The position numbers and the translations under genes are program-made. From Strigamia acuminata (taxonomy: Eukaryota), in assembly GCA_949358305.1 (NCBI GenBank), contig OX442314.1, positions 15,500,001 to 15,564,000 of the forward strand: a stretch of 64,000 bases of DNA, written 5' to 3'. Positions 25,151 through 39,345 of the stretch are shown here, piece after piece. Position 1 is the stretch's first letter. Each line of letters starts with the position of its first letter. Under the pieces are notes generated by a model. That model was given only the letters and a program-made list of their open reading frames with translations, was not told the DNA's origin and made no database searches.

Positions 25151-28069
25151 AACCGAAAATTGCGAAAAAACAATTTAAATTTACATTAACACTTCCATTT
25201 ACTTCTATTTTTAAATTGAATCGTATAAGTTTTTTATTTAATAAGCAGAAAACAAACATTCGCCACCAAGCATTTCTTTGCACCAATTGCTTAGCTGCAC
25301 CACTTGTGCCATTACTCCAGATGCACAAATTCAAACTGCAAACTCGACTCCCCCTCCACATTTTTACCTCGCAGCATGTTAATGAGAAGTCATTAGCAAA
25401 AGCGTCAGGCGTATAATTTACTGCAATATCAAAAAGACTAATATTTATTTCAACTAATTTTTTTTTTACAGTGCGCGAATTAACAAAAAAGAGTAAGATT
25501 AGAGCGAAAAAAAGTGCCAACTCAACCAATTTTTCAACGTAAATTCCATTAGGTCTAACGATGTTTAATACCCTCATGAATTAGTCATGAGATGAGGGTA
25601 AAAGCTGTCTTTATTACTGCTGATGAGTTTACAAGCTGTAAATTTGAGTTAAACACAATAAAAGTGAATCAAGTAGTGAAAATTACCTAGATAAAAATTC
25701 ATTTACAATTTCCAAACAACCGGCAATCAAAATATCCTTAGGACAACCCAGTTTTAATGACCACACACCCTTACTCGACTTGATGACTTCACACAGTAAA
25801 GAGTTTTTAAGTGTAACAGCCATAAAAGCCAGACAAGACCAAACTTTGGACTATAACTATGTAAATTAGATGCTTTATTAAGCCCTAACCAACTATGAAG
25901 ACAATCGAATAGGATGCTTAATCACAACTTATGGCAAATTCCAGTAAGCAACATCTGGGAGAATAAAGAAAAAAGATTTACAATGTACTTTTACAGCGGC
26001 GAAGATTAGAAAAGTGATCCAGATTTATACAAGTAGAATTGTTTTGCATCAGCTTGGGAATAAAACTTCATTCCAACGGTGCAAGAGGAGCATAAAATTT
26101 CGTTTGCAAACACAAGAAGAAAAAAATAAAGAGGGAGAGAAACATGGGCATGAAAAGTTTATGACGCGACAGCACACTTTGATAAGGGGGATCACTTTGA
26201 CTCAACAAAAGCACCAAGTGTCTCTAGTGGCCAATAATTTCACTATATCTTTGTCAGCGAGAGATAGCTAACTTTATCTATTGCATTCTACGAAAATCTC
26301 TTATTGATGTTGAGCACTGAGAAATCAAGAGAATTGCATTTTCTTAACAAAAAATACTTTCTCATTAATATTGGTAGTCAAGTAAAAAAAGCAATAAACA
26401 AAACTATTTTTATTTTTTGATTAAAGTCAAAATAAATTAATCCGATCACAAGGTCACATCATTCTTGATTGATTCATATACACTTTCAAATCCATTCATC
26501 CTAAAGCTCGTAATCCTCCACTTCCACTTATTGCATAAAGCAAATTGCAAAGTTAGGAAAAATCCTTAATCTCAGCTCATTTCTCAATTAGCAGCAGTCG
26601 TTGAGACAATTGACCTGACGGCCTGATCCAAATCAAGATGTACAGCCACGATGCCCTCTCAACAGCGTAGTAGCAAAATGAAATGTAAAATCATTTATTT
26701 AAATATCAAATTTAAACAGCAATCTTCCATTCCATTGTTAATGGTAAAATGCATTCACATTTCAAATTGTAAATTTGACGTGTGATATTCACTCCAAGAT
26801 CTACGAAGCGGCTGCAGCCTGCAGTATTCACTCAACAGTCGAATCGACACCCCGCCGTCAGTAAAACTCCTTATACGAACAAAAATTTAAACCTTCTGAT
26901 CTAGTAATCAGCTTAAATAAAATAAAAATCTTTTAAAATTCGAAAAAAAAAGTTCTTTAAAAGACCTAAGAACTTTTTCATGCCCTTATTTTGCTCTCTC
27001 TTTTCTTTAAATACACTCATTACTACACTGGAACAGTTATAAGCTTAAGCTTACTGTATCAACAAATAACTAGAAATTTGTCCACTTTATATAAAGCTTA
27101 AAAATGCACTAAGTTCCTTTCTCGCAATCCAATTAGTAATTTCTTTGAAATATTTTCATCGACTTTTAAAAGATAATTCTCACAAACTACAAACAACTAA
27201 ATAAAACACTCGCTAATTTGTTTAATTCATCATCCCTCATCAACCTCAATAGAAAAATATTAATATTAAAAAAAAAATTCTTCCTTTTCTATATTAAGTA
27301 CTAGTCAATAAAGAAGTAATATGTTTTGCACGTGACCTGTAATGAGAATCGTGCCAAGCTTGAGCAAATTTCCCAACAGCTGTCGTACACTAAGAGAACA
27401 GGGAAAACGAGTTAAGACTTTTTCAATTAATGACTATCAAAGCGCTTAATTAACTGCCTCCTTACAAATGCATAAATGAAAACATGTAAAATCCATATAT
27501 GAAAATCGTTACAATTTTCAATTTTACATAAAACTTTTAATTCAGAAACGAAAAAAATATATATACGTATCCAAAAACGTACGAGAGTAAAATCATTTCC
27601 ATGTAGCGCTTTATCTCTAGATTTCACATAGGAAGAGTCATCAATCAAAGTGGCAAATCACAGGGCAAAATCGACAACAAAATTGACTACTCCACTGCAA
27701 TTACTCCATTAAAAGAAGATAATTAGGCCTGTCATTCTAACTTTGATTTATACAACGTCAATTCCATTAGACACATTATATAAATATAAGATATTGGATA
27801 TAAATCTCGCGTTAATGACCTAAGCCTCGATACCATTCCAATCGCCATGACAACATTCACACTTCAGTTGCAATGCTACAATTATAAATCGTCCCCGACT
27901 TAGTCCTAAATCATCCGCACGTGAATCTACATCATTAAACTCTCTTGCTTGCATGCACTTTTCAATTTCCTTTCCTTTTCGACGGACCAAACTCGACACC
28001 ACCACGTTTGGACACTGCTAACACCCTCAAGAAAAATGTCTTGGTCACAAGTTTATTCAAGTATATATT

Positions 28070-28308
28070 GAGCTGTCAGCAGTTGGAGGTTGGAGGCGAC
28101 TGAGGATTGAGTCGAAGCAACCAACTTGGAAAGAACGTGAGTTGGATTGGTGACAAGAGTCGATCTTAAGTGTCGACTCAAAGCATTAGCACGTACAACG
28201 GCATGAATAGACCTTCATTTCATTCGGTTCGGGCCTTGTGGCGATGGCAATGTCTGCCTCCATTCCATTCCATTCCATTCCATCCCATCCCATTCCATTC
28301 CATTCCAT
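28070..28308 (+). mobile_element. Possible 5'-truncated LINE/SINE 3' end with (CCATT)n tail
   Basis: About 190-bp block of distinct composition ending in a pentamer microsatellite. ATATATT on both sides (28063-28069, 28307-28313). Confidence 0.45.
28260..28308 (+). repeat. (CCATT)n microsatellite, about 10 units
   Basis: Directly visible, with two CCATC variants. Confidence 0.95.
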
Positions 28309-28645
28309 ATATTCACAACTTTTGTCGCCTAAGGTCCAAACTTAGCTAATGGTGATTTGTGCAAAATCCTTTTGTAGTACACCATTCTTTTTCCAGCAAG
28401 GGTATGTGGTGTAGGAAAGGTGAAGTGAAGACCTTTACAAAAAAAATCGTGCGAAGCATGAATATTCAGCACGTGACTGATTGTGCAAGAATGTAAGGAA
28501 GAAGAATACAAAATGGATATAACTGTCGGGAGTAAAAAAGATACCGTTTTGATGCGAATGGAGCCGACACAGGGTCAGCAGTGACATGCATTTCAATGGA
28601 AAAGCTTTTAAAGAGGCGATTCATGGATCTGGGCTTTTGTATATA

Positions 28646-28890
28646 CAGGGTGTTTACTTTAAAGTGACCACACTGAATAACTTAAAAATATAAAATCCAA
28701 CTGCACAAGCTAACAGCAAAGTGGAGGTGGCGAAATGAATGGTGTCAGTGAAAATGACTTTTAACCCTGAATGAAAAATCATTTTTTGGCTATGAAAGCC
28801 AAGTTCAAACGTCACTTTTAATGGAGCCACAATCTTCTTTGCTCGTTATTAAATCGATTTTTAGTTATTTAACCTTGTAAAAACACCGTG
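28646..28890. mobile_element. Degenerate mariner-like MITE
   Basis: TA|CAGGGTGTTT at the left and AAACACCGTG at the right. Only short TIR similarity. Confidence 0.35.
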
Positions 28891-29654
28891 TGTACTTAGA
28901 AACAAAACACTGCAGTGAAGCTGTGTAGATGACAAAAAAAAAACATGAAAAATGTATTTTTCAAGCAGAAATAATTTTAAATTTTCATGCTGTTTTGAAT
29001 AATTTAAGGGAATAAAAAATTTCCCTCAAAGGCTTTGTCCATAATATAATAACATGCAGAAGCTCTAAATTCTCTTTCGGATACGCTATACATATTCTAT
29101 TATTTATTACGAAAATTTTATTGGCAGCCAGAAATGACTGTCAAAATAATATAACCGTGTCAGCCACACATGCCACGATCTTTGACACCAATATATTGCT
29201 TGATTGATTGATTTATTAGTGAGGAAAGGAGCCATAGAGACTAGAAATTCCCATCGCAAATTGAAGTGATATTTAAAAGATAAATCACGCCAGAAGTTCT
29301 ATCGTTTACGGCTTAGCTGTTTGTGAAAGTTGCTGGAACTTGCACACTTCCTGCTAAATGTTTAGCAAATAATGCAGCGTGAGAAACCATTTTGACTTTT
29401 TCCTTCTCCTTAACTCCGTTTTTTTAATCATTGGACTTGTGTTTACACGCTCACACGCATTAATTTGAATTAAAGCGCCAATTAAGTCTTTTAATGTTTA
29501 TTCAACACACTATTCAATTCCTATTACAGCAATCTCAACTATTTCAACTATCCGTGAAATTTCAGTAATTCGCAACCCTTTTAAATATCCAAACTTAATG
29601 AGATTGCTAAAGCACATATTCATCAAAAATCTCATATTGATTGATCATTTTCCT

Positions 29655-29702
29655 CACGGTAAATAAACCACTGGACCATTTTCCAGCGGTTTATTTACCG
29701 TG
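29655..29702. repeat. 21-bp-stem inverted repeat (hairpin)
   Basis: CACGGTAAATAAACCACTGGA-ccattt-TCCAGCGGTTTATTTACCGTG, one mismatch. Confidence 0.9.
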
Positions 29703-32700
29703 GGAAACACGAATAAATAAGAAACGCTAACAAATGTTCAGAAATATTTATCACTTTAAGATGTTAAGCCTCACAATTTGTCAACCGCCCGCTTGACTGT
29801 GGTGAAATTTCAGTAAAACTGGGAGTGTTCTTGTTACTGGCCATAGAATCATCGTTTAGAGCTCAATACTCCACCCTCTAGTGTTTGCAATTTGCATGAA
29901 CCAAAGCTTTTACGACTTTGTTGTGATGAGCGTCAATTTGATTAGAATCAAATGTGTCTTGTGACTGTATTAGTATGTTGTGTGTTTGCGAGTGCTTCAG
30001 AATTGCAATTTTTCCATCATTTATACCTTTATGAATCAGGGCTATATGCTGACTTCCTGAGCCCTACAGAGTTGTCATTAATGAAATGGCTCTATTATAG
30101 ATTCCAAAAGCTAATTGATGATTCAGTTGTTGCGAGTTTTGATAAAAAAAGAAAACACGCACATTGGGAATCAAAACTTAATTGACACAATTACCATTGC
30201 TTTAGTAGTCCTTTCCATGTTGAATTGACAAAGGAGAGAAAGCATATTTAATACATTCACCTCCAGCACATAAATAGAAAACTTTAATATAAAATGGATT
30301 AAACACACAAATAAAAAATAAAAAATAAAAAAAATAAAAAAAACATTTTTACTTTAATATCATAAAAACATATCTACTTCTTTTTTGAACTTAGCAACAT
30401 GAGAAAGCGCTGCAACTCTGCACATTACATAGAATACATATGACATGATAAATTAGTACCCCATAGGGGACATCGAATTCCAATTTCAGATATGCCTTGC
30501 AACCAAAAAATAGATTTTTTTCTCTCCCCGAATTTCAATTTATATTACACAGGAACTCTCAAAAAAGTCCTTTATTACACAAAAAACACAAACAATAGCC
30601 TTAAACCATGTTTGATTCAACTAAGCCTCGACTTTATTGGAAACTACTGTAACAACAAATTGGACGTCAACTGAACGTGACAGATAATATCACTTCACCC
30701 AGAAGTAATTTGGTGGTCAACCCAAAGTAATAGGTCAAAAGTCAAGAATAATTAACACTCCCGTATCAGATGAAACATTGCAGACACTTCCAATGATTAT
30801 GGTTACACAATTACCTATTAATGGCAATTTTACTTGGAAATTATGTTTACTTGTTGGTACTATTTTATTCCGTTTTATCTTTTGTGTTGATAGTAATCGA
30901 CGAAAACAAAATCGACATTTTAGTCAATAACATAAAAAATTTGAGGAAAAAAAAACGAACACGATACGGATTAAAGAAAAACCCACAAACTTTGTCAAAC
31001 ATTGTTATCGATTTCTGTACCAATGCCTAAATCTATATTTTACTACACATTTTTAAGATTCGTATTTTCTATTTACGTAGGTACGTATATGTTTTTTCTT
31101 GTAAAGCTGCGAACTGAGTTAATATTGATTCTTGAGCGGTAAAAAAATTATGCGCAAGTACTTCCATTTCCTAAAAATGTTTATCAATAATTCGATTTAC
31201 ATGCGTTCTGATCGCATATATAAATTGTGGATAAAATTTAAATAATGAGTCAATCAGAAAATCCTGTTATGTGAATTAAACTTTTCTTAAAAATCGTAGC
31301 CTTGTGTTAAACTCCATTAAAACTCTAACTTGCAAGTTGTAACACCACAAAAAAAGAGAGATAAGAAAAAAATATGACAGGTCATTATCGCCAAGTCAAG
31401 TTTTTATTGCACGCATTCAGTATGTGTGATTGAAAATTATGTTTACTTCATGACCATATAACGCAATTTGATTCGAAATCTTTCTTTGCTCTTGATGGTC
31501 ATCAACAACACAGAAAGAAAATTATGTGCAAATTTTAGCATTGATTTCCTATAGCCGTGCAACAACATTACAGAGATGCAATGTTAACCGTGACGCAAGT
31601 ATATAATCACACTTATAACAAAAAATATTGCTATATATTACTCTTTAAAATAAATTACACACCTTATAATAAATTCTTTACATTTTCACACTTTTTTACG
31701 TCGTTGCATACAAAAACTATTACAAAAACTAAAGAAAAAAAGATGAAAAAAAAACAAAAAGAGCTAAGAAGAAAAAAACTGTCGCGATGATTCCAACAAA
31801 GAAGAAAACTGCAATTACCAAAGGAATGCTAAGAAATAAAAAGACAGCAAATAGAAAACCAAAAAAAAAAAAAAAACAAAAAAAAAAAATTCAAAGTGCT
31901 TGACGTTTAATTAAGATTTTGTGTGCAAAGCAAGAAACTACAATTTTTTAACTTTCGATTGCTTTTATTTTTTCCCTTTTCTCTCTTATCCCCAATTGCT
32001 TGTTTGATACCACTAAAGAAAATTAACAGGAAAGAAAGACGAAATTACTTCATCACATCTCACACGCACAGCAACAAGTTGTCACATGTTGCCCTAGTAA
32101 TAAATTTTTACCCTCAGACCATATTCCACGTCTAATACTCACCACCCGACGATTCCCAAAAAAAAATCAAAATCAAAATTCAATTTAAGCGACCGAGCCT
32201 TCAATGTAATGTATATTAAAAATAGCTCGTGGTTATTGAAAATATCAAAGTTCAATTAGACCTTTTTTAAGAGTTTAGATCACATTTTTTATTGAATTTT
32301 TTTTCTTCTTCAAAATTCTACGAGGCAATTTTGAACTTCTTATCCATGACAGCAGATTAAGAATATTGATTCAGCGTCAGATTCCACTGGAGTGCCTATT
32401 AATATTTCCTTATTAGAAATCGGGAATGAGAATAAGCTTGAAGAGCAGAGAGAAAGAGAGAGACTTTATTTGGCTTTGTAATTGCGCCTAGCCCGTTTGA
32501 AAAGGAAGAGAAATGCATCCAAGTAATTAAAGCTCGTATGCACTCCGTTCCCCTTAACCAGGAAATTAAAATTTCCACTCGAATACTACAATATTTGCTC
32601 AATCTAAATTCTCCCTGTAAATACCCATTGACAGTTTTAGCAGTATGGATTATGGACATGACTGAGAGAAAATCTATTTCCACCAAAAGCAATACCAAAT

Positions 32701-34704
32701 TCCATTTCAACACCGAATTAATTCAGTTTGGACAAACTAATATTGCTGACACTCCAACTGACGACTGATTAAACACTGTCAACTAAACTAATTACAAAAC
32801 AGCTTTAATCTGTACAGTACACACGGAAAACTAATAAAATTAAAGCCTAATCACACTACAAACTCTAAACAATTAAACTATTATTTTAAAGAAGAAAATT
32901 AATACCTGGTACTATCCACCTGAATACAATCGGATACCAAAAGAAAATTGCCATGTTCGGTGCTTTTCAAAGGAATTGCATTTCTCTAAATGCAATATAA
33001 CATACAGCAGGAACTTTCAAGTTGACCCTTCCAAATCTAATTTTTTTTTCCGAACAAAAATAAATGTATTATTGCATATTTATGTGACATCTAATCTTCT
33101 ATATGGATCTACCTCCGTCCATTGAAAAATAACGATTTTCCATCAATCATTCTCACTTTACGGCACTTGTGAAATAAAGTACAAATTATTGAAACACTGT
33201 TAAAGGCCATCTTTCAAACGTATACAGAAACACAGGCAGAGTTTACACCCAAAAATTTAATTTTTTCTCTCCATTTAATTTTCATCACTTCTTTGCCAAA
33301 GTAAATAAAATATCACGATTTATTATCGACCGTCGACCCCACCTAATGATAAATTCTATCGATCAACCTCCTGGCTTTCATTTGTACGCAAGTGTCATAG
33401 GACCTTCTAAAGAAAAATAATTTTTTCTATGCTTCAAGGTGCGTTCCAATCATGTTTCACAATCTTTCAAGTCCGCGTATCAGCTTTTCAAGAAGGTTCT
33501 CCGAAAACCTGAGTGATAAAATAAAAAAAAGAAACGAGTACCTCTACAGATAGGGCTAACGCTATTCCTCCTACATATTTCCTATTCTAGAGGATAGCAA
33601 GCAATAAATTCCAAACCTCCAGAGACATGACTTCTTGAGACTTCAATATGGTCACAAAGAATCTCGAAATAGGCTTATACAATTGCTGGAAATAACGCCA
33701 TTTTTAAAATGAAAAAATAAATACCATAAGTAAATAAATAAAAAATTATTGACAACATTAAATTTGATGCTACAAGATTAAAAAATAAATGAATAACGAA
33801 AGAAAACTTTTATGGTTTTCTCCAGTAAAGTTCTAATTTCTGAATTCCATGAAAAACTTTTTCAGAAAAAGAAAGAAGAAGAAGAAAAAAAAATAAACTC
33901 TTTTCAAAGAAGAGAAAAATAAATTAAATTACGTTGCACCAAAAAATTTGATCACCGTACAAGACAACAGGAAATTGCTCTATCTGAGAAATAAAAGATA
34001 AATTAAGCGAAGAACTGTAAACACAAAGTTATTGTCTTTGTAGTTTCAAGAACAAAGACGAGTTTCATTTTCATTTCATTTTTAGAAAAGGAGGAGCAAA
34101 AAAAGGTCTTAAGACTTTTTAAACAACCCCAAATACTCTGTCATAAAATAAAACTTGTAATCTCCATGGATGAAAACGACGAAAGCGTCTCACGGACTAT
34201 GCAATCAATCTTGTCAACACAACGTGAAATGGCGATTAACGGCGACATCTGGCAGTAGGATTTTCGCAAAATAAAATGAGAAAAATAATATTAATGATAT
34301 TGCGTGCCAAATGCACTCTCTTTCCAGCTAAACCTACACTTTTCTCCCGACCAAGACCGAACAAAGTAAGAAAAATCAACAGTCGACGCAGTTTACTGAC
34401 CAATAGTATGTAATTACCTTCAGGTAGAGATAAGACATTTCTCATAGCGGACCATAGCTTGATTTATTGCCTCAACCTCTGGGTTATTATCTATATTTAC
34501 AGCCAGCCAAATCGAGTCATCTGCACCCACTTTTTGATTCCTACCAATAAATCACGAATTTTTCTAACACCTACCGTAACTCCAATATTCGCATCTATGG
34601 GGTATAAAAATATTGACAATACAAGAGAATATTTAAGTCACGTGTCCCAACTCAACCCACATATGACTAAATAATTGAATAATCACCTTCTGTATCTTTT
34701 GGCC

Positions 34705-35001
34705 CAGCGCCGGACTAACCACTTCCAAGGCCCCAAGCAGAAGCGAAAATAAAAACCCTTACATTTTTCAAAAAATCAACTTATAAAATAGGATAGAATT
34801 GAAATAAATGTGTACACTTAATGTTTTTTTCTATATATTACTTGAAAATAGTAATATACTAATCTGCATACGCATGATATAATTAAATATTTGAAATACA
34901 TCAACTCCCCTTTTAAAGAAGACAATAACAAAAATTTTAACATCGATTAAAATAACACCCCAAGCTGTAGCTTATTTAGCTTTATTGTAAATCCGGCGAT
35001 G
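34705..35001. mobile_element. hAT-type MITE (297 bp)
   Basis: Imperfect TIRs CAGCGCCGGACT / AATCCGGCGATG. Perfect 8-bp TSD TTTTGGCC (34697-34704, 35002-35009). Confidence 0.88.
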
Positions 35002-38000
35002 TTTTGGCCGGCTGATGTACGGTAATGTTTTTATTTATCTCATGACTTTCCATCCATTCCCCAACAACAAACAGTAACAATAAATACTGTGAACAAACAA
35101 AAATTATATGTGTACGTTAACTTACTGTACGTATGCTGCGTATTCTTTCACTGAATGAATAAAATATGCTTAACAAAACAAAAATATACAGTGAAAGAAT
35201 GTATGCGCAGGTTTGAATATGTCAGTCGTTTCAACGCTTAAAGCCATATTTAATTTAAAACATTGCTGCATAAATTTTACCCGAATTTGCAAACGCAGTA
35301 ATATCTGCTGTGTGTCAAATCACGAACCACTATTAAATTGTAGTTAAAATGCAACGTTTCTCGTTTTCCACTTTTAACGATCCAAACGTTCCAAACGTAT
35401 TCCGATTGGAAACGGTTTCCCCGGGGCAGGCTCAAACATTTGAAGAGAATCTTCAAGTCGGCCATTTTGTGGCACTGTTTGCAAAGAGATCTCCAGATCA
35501 AGTGCTCGCCATACACAATTTCATTTATCTTCACCTGCTCGACTAAACCCGAAGACTGAAACACAAATGCGGTAATATAAATTCTGCTTTCAATTTGACC
35601 AAACTTCAAATTCCCTCCGTAATTTCATATTAATTTTCTCCAGCAAAACGCATCATCATTCTCCAGACAAGCACACGGCCTCCCCAAAAAAGTATTTAAT
35701 TACTTCCACTTGACCAACCTTACACAAGTTTCCCCCAGAAAAAAAAAGTAAAGAAAAAAAAAATCCAAACATGATTGACAGAGCCTTCATTGAGAAATAT
35801 ATTTCCAAAATAATTTCTCCCGACTCAATTCTTGTGTAAACACATGATAACATCGTCTTAGCTGCTCAATGCTTAAAGTCTGAAATATTTTTTCTTTTTC
35901 ATAATCATCCAAGCCCTGTGGCTTTTTTCCCCCGCTGCCGCAAGAGGGATTAGAGCTGACAGGGTGCTTCTGGCCCAGAAAGAACGTGGGCTTAAGTCAT
36001 CCTTTCCATCATAGCTGACAAGTTCCACTCACTAAATGCGTAACATCAATAATGCATGAAGTGTACTATAATTTTGCTATCTATGCTCAACTGCATAAAT
36101 TTCCAATTTGATCACTCAAACGAGCAAACAATGTATTGAAGACGTTCGTGGCAATAATGAAGCTGTATCCAAACAAATTCCAGCGCCCATACACATTGCA
36201 GAATTTAAAAGCGAAGAGAGAAGAAATTGCGAGTCAGTTATCTTTTAATGGGTCTATAAAAACTCAAAGAAAACACTGGAAAAATATCTAAAAAAACGAT
36301 TTCAAATCAGTTTTATGGATCATTTCAACAACTGTAAATCATCCCGGGCTTGGGGGCCTTTGTGCTTATATTACCGAAATTCAATTTGTGGTTAATTACC
36401 TGAATGCACGCTAAGATTTACAAGTTGTGTGTGTATACCTGTCAAAAGCGTGCATTACTTGGTACTTTAATCGTTACTGAGTTTAATTTGCAGCCGTCGT
36501 GGCTTCTCCTGTCATTGCACTGCAGTGTAATTACGTTTTCTCTCCAGTTACACAGACTGCCAAATCCTTTTGGGATTGATGCTAACACCTGAGTATTGGG
36601 CGTGAAAGATTTGGCCGTAGGTATTTTGCCATCATTATCCTTTTACATGGGATTGCCATTCAAGATACAATTTAACTCCAAAAAAATATAACACCCATGC
36701 GATAAATGGCAGCAAAAATGTGTAATCTGGTCACAAAATCAGATGGACAACAAAATTGGCGTTTGGCAGTCCTTGTAATAAATACTGTCAAAGATTCTAT
36801 CATGCTGTGTCAGCAAACACGGCGTCACTTCCGTAATTGTGTTCGTTTCTGTGGCAACACATGACTTAAACGAACACGTTTTAAATGACATCGTAAATAG
36901 TTAATGTTTGACAATCTAACAAAGCACATTGCGTAGATTTTTTAATTAAACAATCAGATATGATAATTTAACTGCCACTGATGTCACTACGAAGACAATT
37001 GATTATTTGTGAGCATCATTTCTTGACGTTTTTCATGCGAAAGAGAAAGAAGCGTTGCTAAACTTTGCAAAACAATTGCATACTGGACACGTTTCAAAAC
37101 GAAAAGTGAGTTTTGGCACGACTGTCTCAAGTGATATTGATAAACCAACAGGGCAATATACAGACAACTATAGTGTTTCTCGCCGGCAAATGTACGCACT
37201 TTGCGGTGATGATGACACTTGGCACATGTGAGCTTTATAGTCGGATGTGCCTTCAAAAAAATCCGTAAACCGCCAAGCAAGCGTGGAGATCATTTCGGTC
37301 CCATTGCAGTTTCATGTGTATGACGAAAAAGAGATTTCGAAATCTTTCGTTCTCCCCATTCCAGCTTGATTTACAACGTCGACGGTCATCTTGCCGTATT
37401 ACCGTTCCCTTTCCAATCCAAATCGGTCAATTAATAGTTCCACTCGTTCAAAATCCTCGAGCGAATTCAGGAAAATTCAAACTTTATTAAAACCCATACA
37501 TCAATGGACGCGCACATTTATTCTACATATATACATATATATCTGCAATATAGCAATGCACACTTTGCAAACATTTATCATTTCTCAGACGCAATCATTA
37601 CGTTGTGTTATCATTATCATATATCTGCCATTTATCACCCGATACCATCCACTTTACCAAATATGATTTAAGATCCTAACTTTTAGGCCAAACTTTCACC
37701 TAAGCAAATAAATTGGAAGGAAAGAACTATAAATCTTCATTGTAGGGATTTGGGTGGCTGTGGTTGGTTGCAAATATTTAAGCTCATTTTATGACAGATG
37801 CACGAGTAAAGGTGTGGGCACACCAGCCGTCAACGATTACCGTGAACACATGGATAAACAGGCAATTACCTCGGCGCATAATAAGCACATTGCTAAATTA
37901 TTCATTAATTAAAGTTTCGTCGTAAATTTGCACGACTTGAGTTATACAAGAAATTAAAAATTACATTTAGCCAACGCCCTAAACAAGCCACCATGCTGCC

Positions 38001-39279
38001 TTCGTCCTCGTCCGTCAACTTTATACAGCTGGAAAGGTCACATGTTCCAATTATTATCAGGGGTGGTATTTCGTGGAAACTTCAACTTTACAACGCCATA
38101 GTGTTTGTTGTTATGCTTTTGGGTGGAGTCGCTGCATGCGTACAATAGTTTCCATAATTTATGAGTATCGTTTTACTTGGTCTGTTTGGACCCGTAGTTC
38201 CAGGTAGTACACTTAAATCAATAGAAATAGAATAAAACATTTTCACGTTGTCTCCAAATTGTACACCATTAACATTGACAGGATAAAAAACAAACACAAA
38301 CACAAAAACACATAAATAAACCAATCCTACAACTGCTGCATTTTCTTTTATTGCTATACTCTAGCGCATTCATTTAGCTACAAAATCGCAAACCGATTTC
38401 ACGTGTCCATTGTGCTTAATTTGCTTCAATGTGCGATTACCTGCTAAATAATCGGTTTGCAGATGACAAAAATATACTTTAAACAGAAATAAACCCTTCG
38501 GCGAACCTTGACTGAAATAAAATTCTCACAAAACTCGAAGAAAAACAATATGAGAAAAATATTTTTTTAAGAGATAACTAAAATCAAAAGTCTGGCATCC
38601 AATTTTAGAAATGAAATTCGACCATGTCACAAGACAGTCGGCGTGACACATTCAACGAACACGAAGAAGCAAACACAATGTCGCTTGTCAAGATTTTCCA
38701 TGGTATGGATTTAACACAATACTATATTAAATTGACACAAGTCTTTTTGTTCTGTCAGAATTAAGATTTTTCTAAGACAAAAGGTGCATTTCGAAAATAC
38801 AAACATGTTCACGTTCCTCGCGATAAATAAGAGTTCATGCAACCTTTTCTCCGAAACAAAATCCTTCTAAAACATTCTAAACATTTAAACTGGTTTCAAA
38901 TGTTTGTGCAATCTCCACCCGTGGCAAAAGCTCATTAAATTGTAATGAACGATTTAACAAGGTTTCAACGTAATCTGGTCAAACTGTAGCATCAAAACAT
39001 CTCAAAGCATGACGAAACTGACACATTCACAACAATTGGCCGATGGATTCGAAAAACAGAAACACCCAGAACATATTAAATGTGCTCCACTAATCAGAAT
39101 TATAGTTTTTTGCTCTTTTTATTTATATTTATTTATTTATTTATTTATATTTTATTTTATTTTATCGTTTGCACGCAAGTATTGCAATTTTTATTTACTT
39201 TAAATTATAAAATTGCATTTTTTTTTCTTATTTGAAATTTGAAATTTTTTTGTTTATTAATTTTGCAAATGAAATATTG

Positions 39280-39345
39280 TAGGCCCTAAAAGGTTCGTAG
39301 GCCCTAGGCACGGCGCCTACCCTGCCTAAAAATAAAATAGCCCTG
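39280..39345. mobile_element. hAT-MITE terminal fragment
   Basis: GTAGGCCCTA twice, GGCACGGCGCCTA, ending GCCCTG. No partner end or TSD found. Confidence 0.35.

Noticed and set aside
25026..25577. 183-aa minus-strand ORF
   Set aside because: F/L/I/N-rich translation of AT-rich DNA with no domain. It contains the splice-like site instead.
35142..35200. 12-bp inverted repeat ATTCTTTCACTG / CAGTGAAAGAAT
   Set aside because: Too short, no TSD, possibly chance or a very old MITE.
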